From assembly GCA_038231275.1 (NCBI GenBank), contig JBBRLQ010000013.1, positions 96,001 through 160,000 on the forward strand: 64,000 nt of DNA, given 5' to 3'. The notes under the pieces were generated by a model. The model saw nothing but the letters and a program-made list of their open reading frames with translations. It was not told where the DNA came from and made no database searches. Source of the DNA: Polyangiales bacterium (GTDB lineage: Bacteria > Myxococcota_A > Polyangia > Polyangiales > Polyangiaceae). Below, piece by piece: positions 9,133 to 18,707 of the stretch (position 1 is its first letter; every line of letters starts with the position of its first letter). The position numbers and the translations under genes were made by a program.

Positions 9133-12100
9133 TTACTTCACCGGACCGGTGCCGCCGCAGGTGCCGGCCACGCCGCCGCCGCCGCACGTCTGGGGCGCCA
9201 CGCAGGTGCCGCAGTCGAGCTGGTTGCCGCAGCCGTCGCCCGCCGGGCCGCAGCTGATTCCCTGCTGCGCGCACGTGAGGGGGACGCAGGCGGGGTGACC
9301 GCACTGGCCGGGAGCTCCGGCGCCGCCGCAGGTGTCCGGTGCGGTGCACGTGCCGCACTGGAGCAGGTTTCCGCAGCCGTCGCCCGCCGGGCCGCAGCTG
9401 ATGTTCTGCTGCGCGCAGGTCTTCGGCACGCAGGCCGCGTGGCCGCAGACGCCGGGGGAGCCGCCGCCGCCGCAGGTGTCCGGCGCCGTGCAGGGGCCGC
9501 AGTCGAGCTGACCGCCGCACCCGTCGCCCGCAGGTCCGCAGCTCACGTTCTGCTGCGCGCAGGTGAGCGGCTTGCAGCTCGGGTTGCCGCAGACGCCCGG
9601 GGTTCCGCCGCCGCCGCACGTCTGGGGAGACACGCAGGGGCCGCAGTCGAGGAGCCCGCCGCAGCCGTCGCCGGCCGGGCCGCAGCTGATTCCCTGCTGC
9701 CCGCAGGTGAGCTTGGTGCACGAACCCGAGCCGCACTGGCCGGGCGAGCCGCCGCCGCCGCAGGTGTTGGAGCCGCTGCAGACCCCGCACTGGAGGAGGC
9801 CGCCGCAGCCGTCGCCGGCCGGACCGCAGTTGACGCCGATCTGGGCGCAGGTCTTCGGCGTGCAGCCTGCCGTGCCGCACTGGCCCGGGACGCCGCCGCC
9901 GCCGCAGGTGTTCACGCCGGAGCAGGCACCGCACTGCTGAACGCCGCCGCAGCCGTCGCCGGCAGGGCCGCAGTTGATGTTCTGCTGCGCGCACGTCAGC
10001 TTGGTGCAGGTCGGCTGGCCGCACTGGCCAGGAGTTCCGCCGCCGCCGCACGTGTTCGTTCCGGTGCAGGTGCCGCAGCTCGCGATGAGACCGCCGCAGC
10101 CGTCGCCGGCAGGACCGCAGTTGACGCCGGGCGGGCAGCCTTGCGGCGTGCAGGTCGGGTGACCGCACGCGTTCGGGGTGCCGCCGCCGCCGCAGGTGTT
10201 CGGCGGGGTGCAGTTGCCGCACTGGAGGAGGCCGCCGCAACCGTCGCCTTGCGGGCCGCACGTCGCGCCGAGCTGCGCGCACGTCTTGGGCGTGCACGAG
10301 GGGACGTCTTGCGAGATGCACGACGTCAGGTCGAAGAGCATGAACTCGAGGAGCTTCTCCTGCGGCGTCATCGGCGCGTTCGGCGTGCACTCCGCCGGGA
10401 ACGCGATGTTCGTGCTGGGGTTGTTGCTCGCGTCCTCGACGTGGAAATCGCTGTACACGACGCGCCCACACTGGTTCGCCGGCGTCGCGCCGACGGGCGT
10501 GTTGAACGTGTAGTGCAGCGGGAAGGCCGCCACGTCGGGCGGGTTCGTCGAGTACATCCAGCGCTGCGCCGGCGCGACCACCGCCGAGAAGTCGTTACGG
10601 ACGACGTTGACCGGGATCTGCCCGAGCGTGCCGCCGGTGACGTTCTTCAGCCACTGGGCAAGCGCGACGCCCTTAGGGAAGCTCTGGTCGATGACGCCGG
10701 TGAACTGCTGGTTGTACGACGCGTTGTTGATCGTCCAGTTCGCGGTCGAAGAGAACGGCGCGTCGTTGTAGAGCCACACGTAGCTGAAGTGGGTCGTGAA
10801 GACGCGCCCGCCCAGGTTCGTGTAGTTGATCACGTTCGTCTGGTTGCCCACGGCCTCGTCGCGCTGCCCGCCGAGGCACGGGAAGAGGACGATGTCGTAC
10901 GCGTTCAGCGTCGTCGCGTTGCCGACGAGAGCCGGCTCCTTGGGCGTCTGGTTGTTGATGCGCGCGCCGCCGGCGGGGCCCGGGTTGCCCGGGTTGTTCG
11001 GGTTGGCTTGGTAAACGTGCATGCGGCCGGCGGCGGTCGGGTTGCCCGACGCATCGATCGCGGGGTTCACGAACTCTGCGTCGTCCACGCCCATCTTGCG
11101 GAGGACGCACTCGAGCGTGTCGACCGCGCCGGTGTCGATCGCGAAGCGCGGGATGTTGCCCTCTCCCGAGTTGCGCGGGAGGTGGGTCTGCGTGGTCGGC
11201 AGCAGGTTGTCCTGGCACGCGGTGACGGGCACGGTGATGACGCGGCGCCACTTGCCGAGCTGGATGACGACGGGGACCGCAGGGCCGACCGGCGGGTTCG
11301 TGAGCTTGAACTTGCCGTCGACGCCGGTGATGAAGCTGACGATCGACGCTTGAGGCGTCGCGCACTTCTCGCAGGTGGCGCCCGTCGTGATCGGCTGAAC
11401 CGGTCCGCTCGGGACGTAGACGTACGCGTTGTAGACCGGGTCCGGTTGGCCGAAGCCGTTGAGCGGGTTGGTGCCCGCGACGACGGTGCCGCTGATCGAG
11501 GTCACGCCGCCGCTGTCGCACGTCACGAAGACGCCGGCGTCGGTGGCGACGGTGCCCGTGCCGCACTGGCTCGGCGTGGTGCCGCCGCAGATCGCGGGAA
11601 GCGTACAGGTGCCGCAGCTCGCGATGAGCCCGCCGCAGCCGTCGCCGACCGGACCGCAGTTCGCGCCGAGCTGGGCGCACGTCTTCGGCGTGCACACGGC
11701 GCCGCCGTCCGCGCCACCCTGGCCGCACTGGTTGGGGCCACCGCCGCCGCAGTAGGCCGGCGCCGTGCAGGCGCCGCAGGTGATCGTGTTGCCGCAGCCG
11801 TCGCCCTGCGTCCCGCAGTTCGCGCCGAGCTGACCGCACGTCTTGGGGACGCACGGCGAGCCGCCGTCCGAGCCGCCAAGGCCGCACTTGTTCGTGCCGC
11901 CGCCGCCGCAATAGGCCGGCGCCGCGCAGGTGCCGCAGTCGAGCGGGTTGCCGCAGCCGTCGCCTTGGGTGCCGCAGCTCGCGCCGAGCTGACCGCAGGT
12001 CTTCGGGACGCACGGCGAGCCACCGTCCGCGCCGCCCTGCCCGCATTGGTTGGTGCCGTTGCCGCCGCAGAACGCAGGCGCCACGCACGTGCCGCAGTTG

Positions 12101-12984
12101 ACCGTGTTGCCGCAGCCGTCGCCCTGGATGCCGCACGTCGCGCCGAGCTGCCCGCACGTCTTGGGCGTGCACGACGAGCCGCCGTCGTTTCCGCCCTGGC
12201 CGCACTGGTTCGCGCCGTTGCCGCCGCAATAGGCGGGCGCGACGCACGTGCCGCAGCTGATGATGTTGCCGCAGCCGTCGCCCTGTTGGCCGCACGTCGC
12301 CCCGAGCTGGCCGCACGTCTTCGGCGTGCACGGCGAGCCGCCGTCTGCGCCGCCCTGGCCGCACGCGTTGACGCCGCCGCCGCCGCAGTATGCGGGCGCG
12401 ACGCACGCGCCACAGTTGATCACGTTGCCGCAGCCGTCACCCTGGACGCCGCACGTCGCGTTGAGATCGCCGCACGACTTGGGAGTGCAGTTCGAGCCGC
12501 CGTCGGGCCCGCCCTGTCCGCACGAGTTGCTGCCGCCGCCGCCGCAATACGCGGGCGCGGTACACGTGCCGCAGTCGATCACGTTGCCGCAGCCGTCGCC
12601 TTGCTTTCCGCAATGCGCGCCGAGATCGGCGCACGACTTGGGGTTGCAGATGGGGAGGCCGCCGTCGGTCAGGCCGTTGCCGCACTTGCTCGCGCCGCCG
12701 CCGCCGCAGAACTGATCGGCGGGGCAGGAGCCACACTGCTGGATCCCGCCGCAGCCATCGCCTTGCGGACCGCAGTCGAAGCCGAGCTGGGTACACGTCT
12801 TCGGCGTGCACGAGGTGGTCGTCGCGCCATCGCCGAAGGAGCCAGTTTCGAAACCGCCGCCCGTAGCGTCGACTCCGCTGTCCCCGTCGTTGAACTGCGC
12901 GGACGACCCGCTGTCGCCGCACGACGCGGCCAGCAGACCCACCAAGACGACCGAAAGCGCGACAAGCAAACGTGAGCTCTGCAT
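9133..12984 (-). CDS. Large Cys-rich repeat surface lipoprotein with a central non-repeat domain
   Basis: Lipobox LAASC; 8 N-terminal and 8 C-terminal 8-Cys repeats (GDGCG core) around about 410 aa beginning with a carboxypeptidase-regulatory-like segment (ISGTVVAG..PVYNAYVYVP). Confidence 0.9.
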   Translation of the reverse strand: MQSSRLLVALSVVLVGLLAASCGDSGSSAQFNDGDSGVDATGGGFETGSFGDGATTTSCTPKTCTQLGFDCGPQGDGCGGIQQCGSCPADQFCGGGGASKCGNGLTDGGLPICNPKSCADLGAHCGKQGDGCGNVIDCGTCTAPAYCGGGGSNSCGQGGPDGGSNCTPKSCGDLNATCGVQGDGCGNVINCGACVAPAYCGGGGVNACGQGGADGGSPCTPKTCGQLGATCGQQGDGCGNIISCGTCVAPAYCGGNGANQCGQGGNDGGSSCTPKTCGQLGATCGIQGDGCGNTVNCGTCVAPAFCGGNGTNQCGQGGADGGSPCVPKTCGQLGASCGTQGDGCGNPLDCGTCAAPAYCGGGGTNKCGLGGSDGGSPCVPKTCGQLGANCGTQGDGCGNTITCGACTAPAYCGGGGPNQCGQGGADGGAVCTPKTCAQLGANCGPVGDGCGGLIASCGTCTLPAICGGTTPSQCGTGTVATDAGVFVTCDSGGVTSISGTVVAGTNPLNGFGQPDPVYNAYVYVPSGPVQPITTGATCEKCATPQASIVSFITGVDGKFKLTNPPVGPAVPVVIQLGKWRRVITVPVTACQDNLLPTTQTHLPRNSGEGNIPRFAIDTGAVDTLECVLRKMGVDDAEFVNPAIDASGNPTAAGRMHVYQANPNNPGNPGPAGGARINNQTPKEPALVGNATTLNAYDIVLFPCLGGQRDEAVGNQTNVINYTNLGGRVFTTHFSYVWLYNDAPFSSTANWTINNASYNQQFTGVIDQSFPKGVALAQWLKNVTGGTLGQIPVNVVRNDFSAVVAPAQRWMYSTNPPDVAAFPLHYTFNTPVGATPANQCGRVVYSDFHVEDASNNPSTNIAFPAECTPNAPMTPQEKLLEFMLFDLTSCISQDVPSCTPKTCAQLGATCGPQGDGCGGLLQCGNCTPPNTCGGGGTPNACGHPTCTPQGCPPGVNCGPAGDGCGGLIASCGTCTGTNTCGGGGTPGQCGQPTCTKLTCAQQNINCGPAGDGCGGVQQCGACSGVNTCGGGGVPGQCGTAGCTPKTCAQIGVNCGPAGDGCGGLLQCGVCSGSNTCGGGGSPGQCGSGSCTKLTCGQQGISCGPAGDGCGGLLDCGPCVSPQTCGGGGTPGVCGNPSCKPLTCAQQNVSCGPAGDGCGGQLDCGPCTAPDTCGGGGSPGVCGHAACVPKTCAQQNISCGPAGDGCGNLLQCGTCTAPDTCGGAGAPGQCGHPACVPLTCAQQGISCGPAGDGCGNQLDCGTCVAPQTCGGGGVAGTCGGTGPVK

Positions 12985-13266
12985 ACAAAACCTCTCAGAC
13001 TAATGACGCTACAGAATCTGGCGAGGGGCGCAAGGAAAGCGTGTCCACCCCGCCGGGAGTCACTCCAATGAAGTCGCCGGGCGCCGCCGATCGGATCCGT
13101 TGTGTGTGCTGTGCGGCCCCGTACGCGGGATGCGTACGCGAACGGTCTCGACCCGTCCGACGGTGAGGCGACGCCGAGACGGCACCCCGCCACCTCGAGA
13201 TGGCCGACCCTTCTCCGTTCCGTCGACAGGCGTTCGAGAGCGACACGACGCGAGAGAAAACGGACG

Positions 13267-14973
13267 TCAGGTCGGGCGCGTAAGGAGGGACTGCACGGCC
13301 TCGTGCTCGCGGTGCACGAGAAGGGCGACGACGTCTCCGGGACGGCCGGTCGCGAGGACGTCGTTGAGCGCGTCGACCTCCGAGTCGGCGATGCGTAACG
13401 CCGTTTGCGGCAGGCCGAGACCGCGGAAAATGGCCTCGAACAGCGACGGGACCTCCCCCGGCTGACGGCCGCGGAGATAGCCCGGGAGCTCTCGTACGAG
13501 CACTCGGTCGGGACGCGCTTCGAGGACGGCGCGCGCGATCTCCTCGATCTCCCGGTTGCTGCGGTCTCCCGCGCTGCCGGTGATCACGGCGAGCCGACCG
13601 CCGGACCGACGGCGGAGCTCGGCCACGAGTTGGAGGGCGGCGCGGACGGCCTCCGGGTTGTGCCCGAAGTCGAGGAACACCTTCACCCCTGCGCGGTCGA
13701 CCAGCTCGCCACGGCCGGGGTTGTCGCGCGCACCGAAGCCGGCGAGCGCGCGACGGATGGCGTCTTCGGGAAGCCCGACCGCGAGCGCCAGCGCGACCAC
13801 TCCAAGGATGTTCTCGACGTTGTACCGCGCGACCCCCCCGAACGTGAGCGGCAGCTCGGTGATCACGCCGAACGACGTGACGCGGTCCCCCTCGCGCGCC
13901 ACGACGGCTCCATCTTCGGCAAGAACGACGCGGTCTCCTTGTGCGCGGCGCGCGTCCACGACCGCGCGGGCCTCGGCGTCGGCGGTCTCGAGGTCACAGA
14001 AGAAGGTGACGCGCGCGGCGACCTTCGCCGACATGCGCACGAGGTTCGGGTCACGGGCGTTCAAGACGACGCCGCCGGAGCGGGGGACGACGTCGGCGAT
14101 GAGCCCCTTCACCTCCGCCATCGCCGCGAGATCGTCGATGCCGTAGAGGCCGAGGTGGTCGTCGGAGATGTTCGTGATGAGCGACGCGTCGGCGGAGTCG
14201 ACGGCGAGGCCGCGTCGAAGAATGCCGCCGCGTGCCGTCTCGAGCACCGCGAAGTCGATGTCGTCGCGCCGGAGAACGGTGCGCGCGGCGGCGGGTCCGG
14301 TCCAGTCTCCCTCTTCGACGAGGACGCCGTCGACCGCGATGCCGCCCGTGGACGACGCCCCGACGTGCCAACCGGCCTCGCGCGCGACGCGGGCCATCAG
14401 GCGCGCGGAGGTCGTCTTGCCGTTGGTGCCGGTGACGAGGACGATCGGGATCGTGCCGATCGTCGCCCAGGGGACCGCGGCCACGTCCGGGACCTCGTGA
14501 CGTCCGCACGTGAAGGCGTGCGCACCGGCGCCGACGGTGAGGCTCGTGTCGTCCCACAAGAACGGCAAACCACGACGGTGCGCCTCCGCGACGAGCGCGA
14601 GCATGTTCGGGCTGCGATCCTTCGCGAGGATCGCGGCGATCTCCTGGCGCTTGGGCTCGAGGGAGAGCGGCGCTTCGCGCGCCAAGACGCGGCTCGCGGA
14701 CATGACCGCCCACTCGCTCGCCTCCGCGCACGCGAGCATCTCGTCGAGCGGCGTGGCGTAGCCGATCACGGCGCCGCCCTTGTGCGTGCGGACGATCGGC
14801 GAGATCTCGGGAACCATTCCCAGCGCCTTTCGCATGCGCCCCAGCTCGCTCAGGTACGCCGCGAGCGTCGCTGCGATCGTGTCGTCGTCCTCGAGATCGA
14901 GCTCGACGATGACGAGCGGCGCGCGCGAGAGGAGGTTCGGGCCGGTCAGCCTTCGGGCATCGACGAGGAGCAT
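13267..14973 (-). CDS. CphA-like Mur-ligase family protein (N and M domains, no ATP-grasp domain)
   Basis: RRLTGPNLL N-terminus like CphA; VTGTNGKTT, AVLETARGGILRRG, TNISDDHLG, DFGHNP, GDR motifs; lies directly downstream of cphA. Confidence 0.85.
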   Translation of the reverse strand: MLLVDARRLTGPNLLSRAPLVIVELDLEDDDTIAATLAAYLSELGRMRKALGMVPEISPIVRTHKGGAVIGYATPLDEMLACAEASEWAVMSASRVLAREAPLSLEPKRQEIAAILAKDRSPNMLALVAEAHRRGLPFLWDDTSLTVGAGAHAFTCGRHEVPDVAAVPWATIGTIPIVLVTGTNGKTTSARLMARVAREAGWHVGASSTGGIAVDGVLVEEGDWTGPAAARTVLRRDDIDFAVLETARGGILRRGLAVDSADASLITNISDDHLGLYGIDDLAAMAEVKGLIADVVPRSGGVVLNARDPNLVRMSAKVAARVTFFCDLETADAEARAVVDARRAQGDRVVLAEDGAVVAREGDRVTSFGVITELPLTFGGVARYNVENILGVVALALAVGLPEDAIRRALAGFGARDNPGRGELVDRAGVKVFLDFGHNPEAVRAALQLVAELRRRSGGRLAVITGSAGDRSNREIEEIARAVLEARPDRVLVRELPGYLRGRQPGEVPSLFEAIFRGLGLPQTALRIADSEVDALNDVLATGRPGDVVALLVHREHEAVQSLLTRPT

Positions 14974-14995
14974 GGGAGGCGGCGCTCGAACGAGC

Positions 14996-17827
14996 TCAAT
15001 CCTCGGTCTCGCGCGCGAGGCGGACGCCGCGCTCGTCCTCGATGACGGCCGCGCCGGCTCCCATGAGGAGCAGCACGTCGCCGCCCACCTCGCCCCCGCG
15101 CGGGATCGAGACGGGCGCGGCCTCGAGCGGCGCCGCGGGCGGCTGCGATTTGACGTCGTCCCCTTCGGGCTTGAAATAGATGATCTGCTTCCAGCTGCGC
15201 GACACCTTGTCGGCGAACGCGAGGAGCAGGTCACCGCGCCGGCAGAATTTCAGCGCGGTGTCGAACGCCTGCTGCTCGTCGGGGATCACCTGGATGTGAT
15301 CCTTGGGGAAGCCGCTCTCGAGGAGCTCCTTCTCCATCAGGCGCGGCACCTCCTCGGGGCTTCGTCCGCGCAGATCGTCGTCGCGCCGGAGGATGATGTG
15401 ATCGAACGCCTTGCCGGCGATGCGCGCCATCGCGCGGAGGTCCTCGTCGCGCCGATCGCCGGGACCGGCGAGGAGGCACACGCGGCGGCCGTTGCACTCC
15501 ATCCGTCCGGTGAGGTCGGCCATCGCCTGGATCGCCGCCGGGTTGTGCCCGTAGTCCAAGATGACCTTGAACGGCAGCTTGTCGAAGACGTTGGTGCGCC
15601 CCGGCACCTGGAAGTACGTCGTGTCGAAGGTGCGGAGGCCCTGGCGGATGTTCTCGACCTTCACGCCCATCGCGTACGCCATCACCGCCGCGAACATGGC
15701 GTTCTGCACGTTGTGCATCGCCTTGCCCTCGATCGTGGCAGGAATGAGATGAGTCCAGAGGAGGGCGAGGTGCGCGCCTTTGTCGTAGAGCGTGATCATG
15801 TGGCCGTTGATCCCCTCTTCGAGGACCGCGGCGAGGCCGCCCGCGCGCAGGTGCTTGCGCACGAGCTCGTGACGCGGGTTCATCGTCACGTAGGCGATGC
15901 GCGTCGCCTTGGTGTGATCGGCCATGCGGAGGCAGTTGATGTCGTCGGCGTTGAGCACCGCGCAGTCGCGCGCGACCTCGACGACGATGCGCTTCACCTC
16001 GGCGAGCTGCTCGAGCGTGTCGACGCCCTTGATTCCCAGGTGATCGGCGCTGACGTTGAGCACCGCGCCGACGTTGCAGTGGCGGTAGCCCATTCCGGCG
16101 CGGAGCAGGCCCCCGCGCGCTGTCTCGAGCACCGCGAGGTCCACGTCGGGATCGCGCAGGACCATCTGCGCCGACTGGGGGCCGGTCATGTCGCCAGCGA
16201 CCGTGCGCTCGCCGTCGATGTAGACGCCGTCGGTCGTCGAGAGGCCGACGGTGAAGCCGTTCATTTTTTGGATGTGCGCGAGCATGCGCGCGGTGGTCGT
16301 CTTGCCGTTGGTGCCGGTGACCGCCGCGATCGGGATCTGCGTCGGCGTGCCCGCCGGGAAGAGCATATCGATGACCGGGCCGGCGACGTCGCGCGGCTTT
16401 CCTTCGGTCGGCGCGACGTGCATGCGGAAGCCCGGCGCCGCGTTCACCTCGCAGATGCCGCCGCCCACCTCGCGGTAGCTCTGCGTGATGTCGGACGTGA
16501 TGAAGTCGACGCCGCACACGTCGAGGCCGATCGCCTTCGCGGCGCGCACCGCCATGTCGCGGTTGTCGGGGTGGACCACGTCGGTGAGGTCGATCGCAGT
16601 ACCGCCGGTGGAGAGGTTGCCGGTGCCGCGCAAGAAGAGGAGCTCGCCGTTCGGGAGCACCGCGTCCTTGGTGACGTTCTTCTTCGCCATCAGGCGCTCG
16701 GCCTGCTCGTCGAGCTCGAGGCGCGTGAGCACCTTCTCGTGCCCGATGCCGCGGCGCGGATCGCTGTTCACGATGTCGATGAGCTGCGCGATTGTGTGCG
16801 TGCCGTCGCCGACGACGTGACCGGGCACGCGCTTCGCAACCGCGATGAGCTCGCCGCCGATCACGAGCATGCGGTGATCGAAGCCGGCCAAGAAATTTTC
16901 CACGACGACGCTGCGCGCGTGCTCGCGGGCCTTCGCGAAGGCGACCCCGACCTCACCGGCGGTCTTGAGGTCGAGCGAGACGCCGCGGCCGTGGTTCGCG
17001 TCGAGCGGCTTCACCACCACCGGGTAACCGAGGCGCGACGCGGCGCTGACCGCGCTCTCCGCCGAGCGCACGACGCGCTGGCGTGGCACCGGCAGGCCGA
17101 GGTCGCCGAGGATCTTGTTCGTCTCCTCTTTGTCGGAGGCGATCTCGACGGCGATGTGCCGCGTCTCGCTCGTCACCGTCGCCTGGATTCGCTTCTGGTA
17201 TTTGCCGTGCCCGAACTGGATGAGGCTGTAGTCGTTGAGGCGCATCCACGGGATGTCGCGCGCCTCTGCCGCGCGCACGAGCGAGCCGGTCGACGGCCCC
17301 AGCTGCCGGCGCTGGGCGAAGTCGATCAGATCGTGCAGCTCCTTCTTGAAGTCGAAGGGCCCGGTCTGCTCGTCGTCGTCGCCCTCGTCCTTTTTGGACG
17401 GGCGCAGGTCCGGCGGCAAGAGATCGTGGAGCAGGCGCATGGCAAGATCGCCGGCGGCCTCGGCGACGCGCTCCTCTTCGTACTCGTAGACGACGTGGTA
17501 GAGGCCCTTGCTCCCCTCGCCGCGCGTCTTGCCGAAGACGACGTTCGCGCCGGTGAGCTGCTGCAGCTCGATCGCGACGTGCTCGAGCACGTGACCGAGC
17601 CACGTCCCGCCGTCCTCGGTGAGGCGACGGATGAAGCCCCCTTCGGTGCCGTGCGAGCACGTGTGCGCCTTCAGCGAAGGCAGCGCGCCGAGGAGCCGAT
17701 CGTTGAAGCCTACGATCTTCGCGCTCGGCCAGTCCTCGAGCGCGCCGAGATCGACGGTGAGGCGCATGACGGGAAAGTGCGCGTAGAGGCTGGGACCGCG
17801 GTAGACGCGGCGCTCGAGGAGGTGCAT
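14996..17827 (-). CDS. cphA: Cyanophycin synthetase CphA1
   Basis: N domain with HVLEH; LGPSTGSLV; ATP-grasp (VVKPLDANHGRG, GNLSTGGT, EVNAAPGFRMH); Mur domain (VTGTNGKTT, LETARGG, DYGHN). Confidence 0.95.
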   Translation of the reverse strand: MHLLERRVYRGPSLYAHFPVMRLTVDLGALEDWPSAKIVGFNDRLLGALPSLKAHTCSHGTEGGFIRRLTEDGGTWLGHVLEHVAIELQQLTGANVVFGKTRGEGSKGLYHVVYEYEEERVAEAAGDLAMRLLHDLLPPDLRPSKKDEGDDDEQTGPFDFKKELHDLIDFAQRRQLGPSTGSLVRAAEARDIPWMRLNDYSLIQFGHGKYQKRIQATVTSETRHIAVEIASDKEETNKILGDLGLPVPRQRVVRSAESAVSAASRLGYPVVVKPLDANHGRGVSLDLKTAGEVGVAFAKAREHARSVVVENFLAGFDHRMLVIGGELIAVAKRVPGHVVGDGTHTIAQLIDIVNSDPRRGIGHEKVLTRLELDEQAERLMAKKNVTKDAVLPNGELLFLRGTGNLSTGGTAIDLTDVVHPDNRDMAVRAAKAIGLDVCGVDFITSDITQSYREVGGGICEVNAAPGFRMHVAPTEGKPRDVAGPVIDMLFPAGTPTQIPIAAVTGTNGKTTTARMLAHIQKMNGFTVGLSTTDGVYIDGERTVAGDMTGPQSAQMVLRDPDVDLAVLETARGGLLRAGMGYRHCNVGAVLNVSADHLGIKGVDTLEQLAEVKRIVVEVARDCAVLNADDINCLRMADHTKATRIAYVTMNPRHELVRKHLRAGGLAAVLEEGINGHMITLYDKGAHLALLWTHLIPATIEGKAMHNVQNAMFAAVMAYAMGVKVENIRQGLRTFDTTYFQVPGRTNVFDKLPFKVILDYGHNPAAIQAMADLTGRMECNGRRVCLLAGPGDRRDEDLRAMARIAGKAFDHIILRRDDDLRGRSPEEVPRLMEKELLESGFPKDHIQVIPDEQQAFDTALKFCRRGDLLLAFADKVSRSWKQIIYFKPEGDDVKSQPPAAPLEAAPVSIPRGGEVGGDVLLLMGAGAAVIEDERGVRLARETED

Positions 17828-18001
17828 CGCGATCCCGTTATATCAGCGGGTCGCGGCTGGGCTATCCTCATCCGATCGCGGCCGGCAGCGGCGAGCCCGG
17901 CGCGTCGCCTTCGAAGCGATGACGACAACGTGCCGAAACGTCCCCGACACATTGCCCGGCCTCACTTGCCCGTTACGTCCAAACGACGTTCCGTCTAGTC
18001 T

Positions 18002-18018
18002 GTAGTGAGAAACACTAC
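18002..18018. promoter_or_regulatory. Inverted repeat GTAGTG-N5-CACTAC, putative TA autoregulatory operator
   Basis: Perfect 6-bp arms ending 11 bp upstream of the antitoxin ATG. Confidence 0.5.
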
Positions 18019-18029
18019 GGAGCCCTTCC

Positions 18030-18359
18030 ATGGCAAAGTCTCCCGGAGCGCGCAAGGCCCCGCCCGAGTACCCCATCAGCGTGCGCTTTCCCGCTGCGCT
18101 GCGAAGCCGCACCGAGCGCTACGCACGGGAGCACCGAGTCGCCGTTGCGAGCGCGATTCGGATGATCGTCGGCGAGCACCTCGACGAACTGGATCGCGAC
18201 GAGGGGCTCTCCCGCGCCGAGCTCTGGCAGCGCGCGCAGGCCTGGTCGACGGCGCAGTCGATCGTCGATGGGAGCGCCGTTGAAGCGAGCTGGGATGAGC
18301 TACGCACCGCCGCGCGTGACACCGAGGCCAAGCGCGGTCGCGCCAAGCGATCGCGCTGA
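18030..18359 (+). CDS. Type II antitoxin, ribbon-helix-helix-like
   Basis: ISVRFP..L....RYA......ASAIR strand-helix-helix pattern; TGATG overlap with the toxin. Confidence 0.7.
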   Translation: MAKSPGARKAPPEYPISVRFPAALRSRTERYAREHRVAVASAIRMIVGEHLDELDRDEGLSRAELWQRAQAWSTAQSIVDGSAVEASWDELRTAARDTEAKRGRAKRSR

Positions 18360-18685
18360 TGGCGCGCAAGGTTCGACTCCACCGGGCCTTCGTCGACGAC
18401 GTTCGGCGGCAAGCGCGATGGCTCGCCGAGAATGATCGCGCGCGGTGGTCCGAGGAGCTCCTGGAGGGGATCGACGAGGTCGCCGCACGACTCGCGCGCT
18501 TTCCCAAAATTGGACCCCTCGTCTCCGAGGACGAGCGCGTCGTGCTCCGAAAGTTGATCCTCCGGCGGCTCCCCTACGTCGCCTGGTACGCGTACGCGAA
18601 GCCGGCAGGGGACGTGTGGCTCCTACGCCTCTTTGGAGCGAGGCAGGATCGAGTCGATCCGGATCCGTCGTCGTGGGGGATCTGA
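18359..18685 (+). CDS. RelE/ParE family toxin
   Basis: 108 aa; L.RFP.IG, RKLILRRLPYVAWY, VWLLRLF..RQD. Confidence 0.8.
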   Translation: MARKVRLHRAFVDDVRRQARWLAENDRARWSEELLEGIDEVAARLARFPKIGPLVSEDERVVLRKLILRRLPYVAWYAYAKPAGDVWLLRLFGARQDRVDPDPSSWGI

Positions 18686-18707
18686 CCCGACGGCCAGAGT
18701 CGCGCTT

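Noticed and set aside
9295..12975. 1226-aa plus-strand ORF and similar long antisense ORFs (14780-17998, 29588-33163)
   Set aside because: Shadow frames of real genes on the opposite strand, expected in high-GC DNA; no motifs.
9133..12984. Regular DNA repeats resembling a CRISPR array
   Set aside because: Degenerate, in-frame protein-coding repeats without unique spacers; no cas genes.
12985..13266. Possible riboswitch/ncRNA upstream of the large lipoprotein
   Set aside because: No recognisable conserved motif or convincing structure by eye; an Rfam search would be needed.
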